The notes: generated by a model not told the origin, from the sequence alone. Positions 30,282-45,140 are shown, numbered from the stretch's first letter. The stretch: DNA of 64,000 nt from an uncultured Gemmatimonadales bacterium (GCA_963807645.1 CAWECO010000005.1:97216-161215); one strand, 5' to 3'. Translations and numbers: made by a program.

Positions 30282-32431
30282 CTACTCGCCCGGCACCGGG
30301 AAGCCTCGCGCCCGCATCAACGCGTCCACGGTCGCGTCCCGGCCGCGGAACTCCCGGTAGGCATCCGCCGGGTCGACCGCGTTTCGGACCGAGTAGAGGT
30401 GCTCGACCATCGCCGCCGCCACATCCGGGTCGTAGTACCCGCCCGGCGCCTCGGCAAAAGCCTCTGCCGCATCGGCCACCAGGACTTCCGCCCACTCGTA
30501 GCTGTAGTAGCCTGCCGAGTAACCCTCTCCCGAGAACGCGTGCGTGAAGTGGGGACTGCGGTGCCGCATCACGATCTGGTCCGGCATTCCGAGTTCGGCC
30601 AGGGCCTGCCGTTCAAAGGCGTCCACGTCGAGCCCGGCCGGATCCATGGTGTGGTACTTCATGTCCATGAGAGCCGAGGCCAGGAACTCGGTCGTCTCGA
30701 ACCCCTGGTTGAAGGTGCCAGCGTTCCGGATCTTCGCCACCAGTTCATCCGGGATCGGCTCGCCCGTCTCGACGTGTACGAGATAGTTGTCGATCACCTG
30801 GTCGGTCAGCAGCCAGCGCTCCATGAGCTGTGACTGAAGCTCGGTGTAGTCTCTCACTCCCCCGTTCAGCCTGGGATAGGCGACGTTCGACGACAGGTAG
30901 TGGAGGGCGTGCCCGAACTCGTGGAACAGGGTCTCGGCATCGTCCCACGAAATGAGAACCGGGGCTCCCGCCGCGCCCTTGATGAAGTTCGAGTTGTTCG
31001 AACCCAGAGTGGTCTTCAGGCCGTCGTACGTCTCGTGGCTCCGGTAGGTCGTGGCCCACGCGCCGGACCGCTTTCCGGGACGAGCGAATGGATCCAGGTA
31101 CCACAGGCCGACGTGCTCGCCCGTGTTCCGGTCCGTCACCTCCCAGACCGTCACGTCTTCATGCCACACGGGGACCGACCCGTCGGTGATCTGCGTGAAA
31201 GCGAACTGGAACAGCTCGCCCGCCACGAAGTGCATCGCGTCGATCAGGTTGGCCAGCTGCAGGTACTGCTTCACCTCGTCGGAATCGAGATCGTACTTCG
31301 CCTGCCGCACTTTCTCGGCGTAGTAGCGATAGTCCCAGGGCTCGATGGTGATTCCGGCGCCCTCGGCGTCGGCGATCGCCTGCATGTCCGCCACTTCTTC
31401 TTCGACCCGGGCCAGCGCCGCCGGCCAGATCGCCTCCAGCAGGCCGAGAGCGCCTGCCGGATCCTTGGCCATGCGGTTCTCGAGCCGCCACGACGCGTAG
31501 TTCTCGTATCCAAGAAGCTGGACCCGCTCGTTTCGGAGCTCGAGAATCTCGGTGATCAGCGCGTTGTTGTCGTGCTCGTCACCGTTGTCTCCGCGGCTGT
31601 AGTAGGTCCGCCAGACCTGCTCGCGCAGGTCACGCTCATCGGAGAACGTGAGGAACGGAGCCATGGAAGAGCGCGTGTTGGTGACCGCATACTCGCCCTC
31701 GTGACCGCGATCGGTCGCCGCCGTAGCCGCCGCCGTGACGTACGCTTCCGGAAGACCGCCCAACTGATCGGCGTTCAGGTAGGTGACATAGCCTTCTTCG
31801 TCGGCCAGCACGTTGTTCCCGAACTGCGTGTGCACCTCGGCGAGACGCTGGTTGATTTCCGCGTAGCGCTCCTTGGCCTCGCCTTCGAGTGTCGCCCCGT
31901 TTCGGGCGAAGCCGTCGTACACGAGCCACAGCAGGCGCTGCTGGTCCGGACGGAGGTCTTCGGCTGTCATCACTCTCGTAGACGGCGCGAATTCGCTCGA
32001 ACAGGGCCTCGTTCTGAGTGATCTTCGTCCGGTGCGCGGCCAATCTCGGCGCCATCTCCATCTGGATCTCGCGGAACTCGGGAGACGATCAGGTTGGAGC
32101 TCCAAATGCCCCGATAGGTGAAGACCCGGTCGAGGTCCTGACCGACGCCTTCGAGGGCGACGATCGTGTTCTCGAACGTCGGCGGGTCTTCGTTGTTGGC
32201 GATCGCGTCGATCTCGGCGAGCTCGAGCTCCATGCCCTTCTCGAGGGCCGGCTTCAGGTCCGCGAGATCCATCTCGTCGAAGGCCGGAACGCCTCCGTAG
32301 GGGCCGGTCCATTCCGCCAGCAGGACGTTGTCGCTCAAGTCGGTCGCCTCGTAGTCCGGGGTCCGTTCGCCGCACGCCGCGACGAGCAGCGCCAGCGGCA
32401 GGGTCAGGAACGTGGCTGAGTATCTTCGCAT
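30282..32431 (-). CDS. dcp: M3-family peptidyl-dipeptidase Dcp / oligopeptidase A-like lipoprotein; 2 frame breaks (~32050, ~31965)
   Basis: Lipobox MRRYSATFLTLPLALLVAACG. HEFGHALH zinc motif. N-terminal segments sit in three frames (…EMAPRLAAHRTKITQNEALFERIRAVYE…). Confidence 0.8.
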
Positions 32432-32733
32432 GGCCGGAAGCCTCTGATCAAAGGTCGTCCTCGGGATCGCGATCAACCTGTGATAGTGCCGCAAGGGACA
32501 TTCCATCCGCGAGACTCACTCGTTGGCGCCGCATTTACATAGCAAACAATTACTTACAGGCTCCTGTCCGCATCGGGCGTGGAGCGCGGACGGGACGCAT
32601 CGACCCGAAGTGCGGTGCTGGATGCCGGCGCCGCGGAACGTCTTCCGACGAATCCGACGCGCTTGCTTCGCCGCCGCGGTCGTTTCTACTCTGGGCATGA
32701 GATCCTGTTGACTCCCGTCCGAGGAGACCCACA

Positions 32734-36522
<3,789 letters not shown>

Positions 36523-36662
36523 TCATGAACGTTCTAATCTAGTGGGCCGACCGCAGGTCACAAAGGAGGCCCGGCCCGACTGGCACCGTCGAGGCCGATA
36601 TGCTACGCTGGCTCACGTTCGGCTGGAACGAGTGAGAACCAGACACCGGAAGAGATTCAGAA

Positions 36663-36856
36663 TGTCCCTTTACACGTGCCCCACATGCGGAATGAGCGTT
36701 GGCGTTATCACCTGCGGCACCTGCAGCAAGGAACTGGTTCACGAGACGCTGACGAAGGACGACGGCAGCACGGTGCACGTCTCGAAGTGCCCGAATGGAC
36801 ACGGCATGATCAAGTCGCCGATGTGCTGCGGCACGGACATGACCTGCGCCATCTGA
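36663..36856 (+). CDS. Small cysteine-rich (9 Cys / 64 aa) zinc-ribbon-like protein, hypothetical
   Basis: MSLYTCPTCGMSVGVITCGTCSKELVHETLTKDDGSTVHVSKCPNGHGMIKSPMCCGTDMTCAI. Contains CPxCG/CGxC knuckles. Weak GAAGAG SD. Divergent from thiC. Only the 3' third of ORF 36440..36856 is plausible. Confidence 0.35.
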
Positions 36857-36970
36857 CGCTCAAGTCCGGTACAGGCTGAAGAGGGAGAGCCGTGCGGCGG
36901 GTGCAGCCCTTCGCCGGCTTTCTTTCCCAGCGCCGGACTCCCCACCCCTGCCAATCCACGAGAAGACAAC

Positions 36971-37381
36971 ATGCGTATCGGCCAACTAGCGACCACATAC
37001 TTCGCCACGCTCGTCACCTTCCTGGTGCTCGACTTCGCCTGGCTGGGAGCGATCGCGCGTGGGTTCTACCGCGATCAGATGGGACAGCTGATGAGAACGG
37101 ACGTGCGGTGGCTGCCAGCTTTCGCGTTCTATGCCCTGTTTGTAGCCGCGATCCTGGTGTTCGTCGTCTATCCGGCCGTGGAGAGAGGATCATTGGCCCG
37201 CGCCGCGACGATGGGCGCCTTCTTCGGGCTCGTGACCTACGCCACCTACGACCTCACCAATCTCGCCGTGCTGGAAGGCTTTCGGACCCAACTGGCCCTC
37301 GTCGACATGGTGTGGGGGACGGTCCTGTGCACGCTCGTCTCGATCGCCGGCTATCTCGTCGCGACTCGTCTTGCGGGCTGA
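36971..37381 (+). CDS. DUF2177-like small integral membrane protein
   Basis: 136 aa with 4 TM helices. N-terminus MRIGQLATTYFATLVTFLVLDFAWLG is typical of this family. Confidence 0.5.
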   Translation: MRIGQLATTYFATLVTFLVLDFAWLGAIARGFYRDQMGQLMRTDVRWLPAFAFYALFVAAILVFVVYPAVERGSLARAATMGAFFGLVTYATYDLTNLAVLEGFRTQLALVDMVWGTVLCTLVSIAGYLVATRLAG

Positions 37382-37405
37382 CGGGCGGGGGCTCCCGCGG
37401 ACGGC

Positions 37406-38155
37406 ATGCTAGCGGGGTTCGCCTCGTGCGTGCTGGCTGCGCCCGTCGTGGGCCAGGCGCTGGAGTCCGATTCGAGGTTCATCGTCGAGCTTGAAGGCGG
37501 ACCGGCCTGGCAGGCGAAGAACGACGTTCAGGTCCCGAACGACGCGTCCGGCACACGCTTCGCGCTGGACGACCTGACGGGCAGCGGACCGTTCCCCGCG
37601 TTTCGCCTGTACGCGGAGTACCGCCGGGCCGGCGGCACGGACTGCGCCTGCTCGCCGCGCCCCTGTCGCTCAAGGGCACTGGGGTGCTTTCCGAGCCGGC
37701 GAACTTCAACGGGGAGTCCTTCGCGGCAGGGACCGCGACTGACGGCCACGGTACCGGTTCGACTCCTACCGTCTGACCTACCGGTACCGCCTCGTCTCGA
37801 ACGCCAGCTGGCGGGTCGATATCGGCCTGACGGCGAAGATACGAGCGGCAGAGATCTCGCTCGAACAGGACGACGTCTCGTCGTCCGACTCGAACATCGG
37901 GTTCGTACCGCTGCTCAATGTCGGCGCGCGGCGTGGCAGCCGGCTCCCGGGTGGTCGCTGGCGCTCGATGCAGACGGAGCGGCCGCGTCGCAGGGCCGGG
38001 CGTTCGACGTCTCTCTGAAACTGTACCGCGACCTGTCGGACCGCTGGTCGCTGTCGGCGGGATATCGAACGCTGGAAGGCGGCGCGGACACGGATGACGT
38101 CTACACGTTCGCCTGGTTCAACTACTTCACGGTTTCGGCCGTCTACCGCTTCTGA
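37406..38155 (+). CDS. Outer-membrane beta-barrel protein (hypothetical), probably carrying two compensating internal indels
   Basis: N-terminal signal and C-terminal beta-strands (…YTFAWFNYFTVSAVYRF, terminal Phe) look real. The middle ~70 aa (GTDCACSPRPCRSRALGCFPSRRTS…) is compositionally aberrant. Confidence 0.4.
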   Translation: MLAGFASCVLAAPVVGQALESDSRFIVELEGGPAWQAKNDVQVPNDASGTRFALDDLTGSGPFPAFRLYAEYRRAGGTDCACSPRPCRSRALGCFPSRRTSTGSPSRQGPRLTATVPVRLLPSDLPVPPRLERQLAGRYRPDGEDTSGRDLARTGRRLVVRLEHRVRTAAQCRRAAWQPAPGWSLALDADGAAASQGRAFDVSLKLYRDLSDRWSLSAGYRTLEGGADTDDVYTFAWFNYFTVSAVYRF

Positions 38156-38178
38156 AGCGGCGCAGCGAGCCTGCGCGT

Positions 38179-40572
38179 CTACTCCGCCCTGAGCGCTTCC
38201 ACCGGATTCACGTGCGTGGCCCGCCGCGCCGGGAAGTAGGTGGCGAGAAAGCCGGAAAGCAGCAGGGCCGCCGCCATTCCCCCGTAGGTAGCCGGCTCGA
38301 ACGGGCTCACCCCGAACAGGAAGAACGAAACGCCCTTGGCCATCGCGAACGCGAGGCCGAGGCCGACGACGATCCCGATTGCGGCCAGGATCATCCCCTG
38401 CCGCATGATCATCCCGACGACGTCCCCGTCGCGCGCACCCAGCGCCATTCGAATCCCAAGCTCCTGGCGGCGCTGCGAGACCGAGTAGGCCATCACACCG
38501 TATACGCCGGCCAACGCAAGCACGAGCGCGATGACCGCCACCACGCTCATGATCTTGGCCATGATCGTGTCGCCTCCGAGCGACTCGTCGATGATGTCCT
38601 TGAGGGGACGAATGCTGTAGGCCGGGATGTCTGAGTCGACCGCCTGGACCTCGGCCCGGACGGACTCGAACAGCGATTCGAGCGGCGCATCCGATTCCAC
38701 CAGGTACGCAAGGTTCCGGCGACCGGACTGGTACACGGGGACATAGACCATCGGGCGCTCACCGGGCGTCGCGGTCGCCACGCCTGTGTTTGCGGCCACC
38801 CCCACGACCTCGCTCGTGGTCTCGCCGAACACGATCTGCCGCCCGATCGGCTCCTCGTCCGGCCAGTGGCGCTCGGCAAGCACCTCGTTGATCACGATCA
38901 CGTCCAGGGTGCCCTCGCGATCCGATTCCTGGAGACCCCTTCCCCGCAGGATCCGCACATCCATGGCGTCGAAGTACCCGGGCATGATCTCGAGAATGTC
39001 CGTGACCTTGCGGTCCTGGTCGGTCTGCACGTCGTCGCCCGGCAGCGTGTAGTAGGTGCTGTTGTTTCCCTGGGATGGGATGATCGATGTAGACCCGACG
39101 GCATTCACACCCGGAAGTGACTCGAGTCTGTCGGTGAGCTCCTGGTGGAACGCCACCACCGAAACCTCGTCCGGGTACTGCTGCTCCGGCAGGGCAATTC
39201 GGAAGGCCAGAAGGTCGCTCTCGTCGAATCCGCGGTCGGCGAGACGCACGTTATAGAACGCCTGCACGAGCAGCGCAGACGAAACCAGCAGCGCCAGGGC
39301 CAGGGCGACCTCACCGATGACCAGTCCCTTGCGGAGACGTCCGCCGCGTGACGCCGTACCACCGCGACCCCCTTCCTTGAGTGAGGCCGCCGTGCTGCCC
39401 CGCGCTCCCTGGATCGCCGGCGCGAGACCCACCAGGACCGAGCTCAGCACCACGATCGCCGTCGTGAACAGAAGCGCTCGTCCATCGAGAGCGATTTCGT
39501 TCACTCTCGGGAACCAGGAAGGCATCACGGACACCAGCCACCGGATACCGAACACCGAGACGACGACACCCACCACACCGCCGGCAAGGGACAGAATGAG
39601 AGACTCGGTCAGAAAGTAGCGTAGGATCCGTCCTCGGCTGGCCCCGAGGGCCGCCCGGACCGCCATCTCGCGCTCTCGTCCGACGGCGTGCGTGAGCAGG
39701 AGGTTGGCCACGTTGGCGCAGGCGATCAGGAGCAGGAACATCACGGCGAGGCTCGAAATCGATGTGCCGACCCGGAATCCCTCGTTGAAAATGTCCTCGT
39801 GCAGGGTCATGACCCTGGCCCCGTTCCCCGAGTTCGTCTCCGGGTAGTCGGCGGCGAGCCGGGCGGCGATCCGCTCCGTCTCATCGGCCGCCTGCGCGCC
39901 AGTATACCCCTCGTTCACGCGGGCCAGCACCCTGATGTAGTGGCTGTTCCGGGACTCCTCGCCCGTAATGGCGAACGGTACCCAAATGTCGTCGAAGACG
40001 GATTGGTACCAGAAGTCGGGCGGCATGACCCCGACGATGGTGTGGGGTTCCCCATCCAGGAGAATGTTCGAGCCGAGGATCTCGGGATCCGCCCCGAACC
40101 GGCGCTGCCACAGTCCGTGACTGATGAGCGCGACCTGGTCCCGTCCGTCGATCTCTTCCTCTTCCGTGAAGCCTCGCCCGAGCGCCGGCTGAACACCCAG
40201 AACGCGGAGCCAATTGGAACTCAGGAGGCGGCCCTGCGCCCGTTCCGGACGGTCGCCCTCGGAGAGGTTGAAGGAGGCGCCGTCAGACACGGCGACGTCC
40301 ATGGTCTCGCTCTGCTCCCGGAAGTCGACGAAGTCGGGAACCGAAAACGAGACCCACATCCACCCGCGGTCCTGGTTCGTCGTATACATCGACAGCAGAT
40401 CTTCGGAGTCCGGGTAGGGCAGCGGCCGGAGCATGAAGACATCGACGGCCGTGAAGATCGTGGTCACCGATCCGATACCGACCCCGAGCGACAGGATCGC
40501 GATCAAGATCAGGAGCCCACCGCGACGCAGGGAACGAACGCTGTACTTGATGTCCTGCCAGATCCTGTCCAT
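38179..40572 (-). CDS. ADOP-family duplicated FtsX/MacB-type ABC transporter permease
   Basis: 797 aa, intact. N-terminus MDRIWQDIKYSVRSLRRGG. Two FtsX modules each with 4 TM helices and large periplasmic MacB-like domains. Confidence 0.8.
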   Translation of the reverse strand: MDRIWQDIKYSVRSLRRGGLLILIAILSLGVGIGSVTTIFTAVDVFMLRPLPYPDSEDLLSMYTTNQDRGWMWVSFSVPDFVDFREQSETMDVAVSDGASFNLSEGDRPERAQGRLLSSNWLRVLGVQPALGRGFTEEEEIDGRDQVALISHGLWQRRFGADPEILGSNILLDGEPHTIVGVMPPDFWYQSVFDDIWVPFAITGEESRNSHYIRVLARVNEGYTGAQAADETERIAARLAADYPETNSGNGARVMTLHEDIFNEGFRVGTSISSLAVMFLLLIACANVANLLLTHAVGREREMAVRAALGASRGRILRYFLTESLILSLAGGVVGVVVSVFGIRWLVSVMPSWFPRVNEIALDGRALLFTTAIVVLSSVLVGLAPAIQGARGSTAASLKEGGRGGTASRGGRLRKGLVIGEVALALALLVSSALLVQAFYNVRLADRGFDESDLLAFRIALPEQQYPDEVSVVAFHQELTDRLESLPGVNAVGSTSIIPSQGNNSTYYTLPGDDVQTDQDRKVTDILEIMPGYFDAMDVRILRGRGLQESDREGTLDVIVINEVLAERHWPDEEPIGRQIVFGETTSEVVGVAANTGVATATPGERPMVYVPVYQSGRRNLAYLVESDAPLESLFESVRAEVQAVDSDIPAYSIRPLKDIIDESLGGDTIMAKIMSVVAVIALVLALAGVYGVMAYSVSQRRQELGIRMALGARDGDVVGMIMRQGMILAAIGIVVGLGLAFAMAKGVSFFLFGVSPFEPATYGGMAAALLLSGFLATYFPARRATHVNPVEALRAE

Positions 40573-40752
40573 GCCCAGGCCTGTGGTCGAGGGGAGTCCA
40601 GTGACGACCCGAAGATACTACGGTTGCCGGCCGGCCGGGTTTCAGTTGCGGATGCCGGATCCGCGGCCCAAGGCACACGGAGGCCTCCGCTTTCGTTATT
40701 CTGTTGAAATGCAGTTCGCGACGGAGGAACACTCAGCGGCGCTGGAGGCCGA

Positions 40753-41715
40753 ATGAAGATCGATCGACGATGCCTGGTATCGGGCGTGATGGCGGGATTC
40801 CTGGCGGGCGCCGTGCTCATCGTCCTTTACTTCCTGTTTGACCTGGTGCGCGGCGAACCGTTGGCCACGCCCACGTTCCTGGCGGCCAATCTGCTGGGCC
40901 AGGGGGCATTGGAGATTTCGTCGGTTCACATTGCACTGTTCACGGTCGTTCACTTCGTCGCCTTCATGATGCTGGGCGTCCTGGCGTCGGTCGTGACCGC
41001 ATCGACCTTGTCGCCGCGCACCTTGCTCGTCGGAACCGCCTACGGACTGTTCGCGTATTCCCTGCTGTTCTACGCGGCACTCGTAATCTCGGGCGCGAGC
41101 ATCGTAGACGCGCCCGCCTGGCCGGTCGTGTTCTTCGGAAACGTGGTCGCCGGCGCCGCGATGATGGCCTATCTGCGATGGGCGTCGGCGGAGGAAGGAC
41201 TGACAGGCTTCGCGGAGGGCGTCTTCGGGAACCCGGTTCTGCGGGACGGCCTCGTGGCGGGCTTGCTCGGGGCCGCCGTGGTCGCGCTCTGGTTCCTGAT
41301 CGTGGACATGGTCGTGGGCCGCCCCCTTTACACTCCCGCGGCCCTTGGCTCCGCCATGCTGTACGGCGCCGCCGCTGCGGACGCGGTGCTCGTCTCCCCG
41401 GGAACCGTGCTGGGTTACACGCTATACCACGTCGCGGCTTTCAGCTTACTGGGCATCATCGCCTCCGCGCTGATCGCCCAGGTCGTCAAGTTTCCGCCCC
41501 TGATGTTCGGGCTGATCCTGCTCTTTGTGGTGTTCGAGACGTTCGTCGTCCTTCTCGTCGCTCTTCTCGGCACCTGGATCATGCAGGAAGTCGCGTGGTG
41601 GGCGATCCTGGTGGGCAACCTTCTCGCGTCGATCTCGATGGGGATCTACCTGCAGAAGCGACACCCCGGACTGCAGGAGAGTTTGAGGGAAGAAGTGCTC
41701 TGGGCGGAGCCGTAG
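40753..41715 (+). CDS. Polytopic membrane protein with internal duplication (hypothetical)
   Basis: GGAGG RBS. About 10 TM helices. Two homologous halves, each with ...VLGYTLYHVAAFSLLG.. / ..HIALFTVVHFVAFMMLG... No known motif recognised. Confidence 0.45.
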   Translation: MKIDRRCLVSGVMAGFLAGAVLIVLYFLFDLVRGEPLATPTFLAANLLGQGALEISSVHIALFTVVHFVAFMMLGVLASVVTASTLSPRTLLVGTAYGLFAYSLLFYAALVISGASIVDAPAWPVVFFGNVVAGAAMMAYLRWASAEEGLTGFAEGVFGNPVLRDGLVAGLLGAAVVALWFLIVDMVVGRPLYTPAALGSAMLYGAAAADAVLVSPGTVLGYTLYHVAAFSLLGIIASALIAQVVKFPPLMFGLILLFVVFETFVVLLVALLGTWIMQEVAWWAILVGNLLASISMGIYLQKRHPGLQESLREEVLWAEP

Positions 41716-41718
41716 GCC

Positions 41719-43537
41719 CTACTCCCGGGACATCCGTTCCAGCAACGCGTTCCAGCGCGGATCGGCTCGCAGCGGATCGGCCGAGGGGTCTGCTCTGATC
41801 CCCGCGAGAGTGCCTGGCTCCTGTTCGTATCCCCGCTCAAGGTACTCGAAGGCCTGGTCCAGATCACCGAGCGCCCCATACACGAGCCCGATTTCCTTCA
41901 GCGGTACTCCCGCTGCCTCCGCCCGCCCGAGGTACTCGAGCGACTGCTCCCGGTCCCCCGCCCTCGCGTACGCCCACGCCAGGCCGGCCGGGTAGTAGGG
42001 ATCGTCCGGGTTCAACTCGATCGCTTGCCGGAACGACACAATCGCGTCCTCTGACTGGCCCTTCAGTGTGTGGGCCATGCCGGCATAGTAGTGCGCGTCG
42101 GCTTCGTTGGGCTCCAGCTCGAGCAGCTTTCGCGATTCCTCGATCGTCCCGTCGTGATCACTCACCCAGGCGAGCCGCGCAACCAGCGCCCGCCGCAAAC
42201 CTACGGACAGCGGGTCGAGCTGCACGGCGCGGCGGGCCTCCGCGACTGACTCCGCCGGTCGGCCAAGATCGAGCAGCGCCTGGCTGTACTGCGCATGCGC
42301 CTGGGCACTACCCGGGTTGAGCTCCAGGACCCGCTCGATCTCTCTACCCGCCTCGACGGGCCGCAGCTCGAGTCGCAGGAGTCGCGCACGGAGCAAACGC
42401 CCTTCGGCCAGGTCGGGATTGATCTCCAGCGCCTTCTCCAGGGACTCACGCGCGGGGGGCAGTGCCTCCTCCTCGGACAGGTATCCGAGGCCGAACAGCT
42501 GAAGCTGCGCGGCCGCCAGCCCGGCGTGCGCGAGAGCGTAGTTGGAGTCCACCACCGTCGCCTGGCGATACAGGTCCGCAGCGGCCTCCACGCCATCCCG
42601 GGTGCTGCCCCGGTTGTCGAAGATGAACCGACCCCGGACGTACAGATCGTACGCCGCGAGACTCTCCGTGGGCCGTTCTTCAATCCTTTCAGCGACCTCG
42701 GGCGTCAGCGTCGCCCTGAGAGCCGACGCGATTCTCTTCGCCAGATCGCTCTGGATCGCGAACACGTTGGCGGCCGTCAGCTCCTCGTCGTACGTCTCCG
42801 CCCACAGGTGCTGGTCCGTGCTCGCGTCGATCAACTGCACGTTTACGCGCACCCGGTCCCCGGACCGCTGGACACCTCCCTCGACGACGGTCGCCACATC
42901 GAGCTCGCCGGCGATCTCGCGGATGTTCCGGTTGACCCCCTTGTACTCCATGACCGACGTACGGGAGATGACCTTGAGCGAGTCGATCTTGGCGAGCTGC
43001 GTCAGGAGGTCATCGTGCATCCCCTCGGCGAAGTACTCGTCCTCTTCGGAGGTGGTTCGCGTGGCGAATGGAAGCACGGCGACGGAACGGAGATCGCGAG
43101 TCGCCTCGGGATTGGCAGCTACCGATCCCGAATCGCCGCCACCGGGCCTCGATCCCGGTCCGAAGAGCATCCAGCCGGCGGCCACGACGCCCCACAGGGC
43201 GAATGCTCCCACTCCACCGAGAATCGCGTTCTTCCAGGTTAGAAGCGTGCCGCCCGAGGCCGCTCGCGGCGGAGCACCGTCGGGCGGCTACGTCGTCCGG
43301 GACGGCCTGAGCGGACGGCTCCGGGCCGCGAACCCCTTCCTGCACGAACGCGGTGGCCAGGACGATGGGAAGTCCGAGCACCAGGAGCGCGAGGGCGAAC
43401 GCGGGAAACCACTCCGGGAGACCGAAGTTCTGTCCCAGGACATCCACGACCTGCAGGGCCACCCACGCGCCGACGGCGTAGATGCCGAGCACCTGCCACA
43501 GCGAGCGGCGGTGAATCTCGTGGATGAACTTCTTCAT
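41719..43537 (-). CDS. TM-anchored protein with TolB-N-like domain and C-terminal TPR repeats; frame break ~43200-43330
   Basis: N-part: MKKFIHEIHRRSLWQVLGIYAVGAWVALQVVD + TM helix. Downstream frame: SVAVLPFATRT..EYFAEGMHDDLLTQLAKIDSLKVISRTS, then >=8 TPR units. Confidence 0.6.
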
Positions 43538-43623
43538 GTACCGAGCAACTCATTCGTCAAAAGAAGGCCCCTCACAACCGGGGTGTATAGTGCGCCAAAT
43601 GCCTACCATGGGCAATGAAGCAC

Positions 43624-43652
43624 GAAGCGCCCGGCTGACCGCCGGGCGCTTC
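43624..43652 (-). terminator. Intrinsic terminator downstream of the NmrA-like gene
   Basis: GAAGCGCCCGGC-tgacc-GCCGGGCGCTTC, a 12-bp perfect stem, followed on the minus strand by GTGCTTCATTG. Confidence 0.5.
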
Positions 43653-43695
43653 GCTACGGCACGCTTCCCGGCCGCGAAGGCCGGGCTCCCTGCAG

Positions 43696-44646
43696 CTATT
43701 CGACGGGAATGCTGTCCACGTTCTCCTCGAGCCACGTGGCAAACGTGTGCAGCGACGGATTGAGGGACCGGGACACGTCGAGGTTCCGCGCTCCGCGGAA
43801 GTAATCCTCGAAGTCGTGCTTGAACTGGAACATGTTGCCGAGGTCGTCGGCCCCCGGGAAATCCAGTCCACGGTAGACGTCGAACGGAACCGGAATATAG
43901 GCCACCGGCTGTCCGTAGGCGTCGCTGAGGGCGGCCGCCATCTCGGCGCCCGTCAGGTGCTCGCCGGCGATTCCAACGGTGCGGCCAATGTATTCATCGC
44001 CCGACTTGAAGATTCCGTAAGCGCACCGACCGATGTCCACAGCGGCGATCCCGGGCAGTTTCTTGTCGCCCATCGGCAGCGCGAATCCGAGGTTCCCGCT
44101 CTCATCGGCCCGCGGACCCATGCCGAAGTGGATCAGGTTATCCCAGTAGAACGATGTCAGCAGGAACGTGGTCGGTACCCCGGCCTCGGTGAAGATCGAG
44201 TTCGCCTCTCCCTTGGCGTCGAAGTGGGGGACCTTGTACTTCTCCTGCAGGGTGGGCATCCGGTCGTCGCTCAGCGGAATCCACTTGCGAGTGTCCTCGA
44301 GCGTCGACCAGATCACGTGCTTCAGTCCGGTCGCGCGAGCGGCTTCCGCCATGGAGCGGACCTGCTCCTGCTCCTTCTGCGGCGAGAAGTGCTCCCAGAA
44401 GAAGGTCACGCAGTAGGCTCCATAGGCTCCCTGGAACGCTGCCTTCAAGCTCTCTCGATCGTCCACGTCGGCCGCTACGACCTCGGCTCCCAGCGCCGCC
44501 AGTTCCCGCGCCTTCTCGGAATCGGGATTACGCGTCAGCGCGCGTGCCGTGAACTCGCCGCTTTCGTCCTCGAGGATCGCCCGCACCAGGCCACTTCCCT
44601 GGGCTCCGGTCGCCCCGACCACCGCAATGATCTTCTTGTCAGTCAT
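43696..44646 (-). CDS. NmrA-like family NAD(P)-binding protein
   Basis: Start MTDKKIIAVVGATGAQGSGLVRAIL, a Rossmann motif. ~317 aa, intact. Confidence 0.7.
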   Translation of the reverse strand: MTDKKIIAVVGATGAQGSGLVRAILEDESGEFTARALTRNPDSEKARELAALGAEVVAADVDDRESLKAAFQGAYGAYCVTFFWEHFSPQKEQEQVRSMAEAARATGLKHVIWSTLEDTRKWIPLSDDRMPTLQEKYKVPHFDAKGEANSIFTEAGVPTTFLLTSFYWDNLIHFGMGPRADESGNLGFALPMGDKKLPGIAAVDIGRCAYGIFKSGDEYIGRTVGIAGEHLTGAEMAAALSDAYGQPVAYIPVPFDVYRGLDFPGADDLGNMFQFKHDFEDYFRGARNLDVSRSLNPSLHTFATWLEENVDSIPVE

Positions 44647-44721
44647 TCGTGCGCCTCCGTCATGGAAGATGCCGACCGCGGGATGCCACCGATCGGCGCG
44701 ATCGGTAGTCGCCGTTGCCAC

Positions 44722-44800
44722 TCTTCATCTTCTGTTCATTGAATGTATATGACATATAATAGACAATTATCGCACAGAAGAAAAGAGGGGGGACTGGCCG
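44722..44800. promoter_or_regulatory. AT-rich divergent promoter/operator island with 6-bp inverted repeat TATATG-a-CATATA
   Basis: Sequence ttcattgaatgtatatgacatataatagacaattatcg is ~75% AT in a 68% GC genome. It contains TATAAT and TTGAAT hexamers and sits between divergent genes (NmrA-like gene and small lipoprotein). Confidence 0.3.
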
Positions 44801-44865
44801 CATGACGCTCGGATGACGTGACCGCGTGACACTCCAGTGAGTAGGACCCTGAAAAGGAGGCTGTA

Positions 44866-45114
44866 ATGTGGAACAAGCCGCTCAAGCTCGCAGTCGCGAC
44901 CCTTCTCCTCGCAGCGCTCGGCGCATGCGATGGCAGTTCCCTGGCGGGGCCGGAGGAACATGAGGTAGAGGCGCCTGCCTATCGGACGGCCTGCATGGCC
45001 GGTGGAGACGTGGCCCAGCGAGCCGGATGTCCGGAGGACACCTGGTCGAACACGGGCGATTCGTTCGATCCGTGGGAGGAGGACCTGAGTCCGCGGGAGA
45101 AGTGGCCAAATTGA
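44866..45114 (+). CDS. Small secreted lipoprotein (82 aa), hypothetical
   Basis: Strong RBS AAGGAGG 6 nt upstream. Lipobox LLLAALGAC. Acidic C-terminus. Confidence 0.45.
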   Translation: MWNKPLKLAVATLLLAALGACDGSSLAGPEEHEVEAPAYRTACMAGGDVAQRAGCPEDTWSNTGDSFDPWEEDLSPREKWPN

Positions 45115-45140
45115 GCCGAAGACGGCGTGTCCGGCGGATC

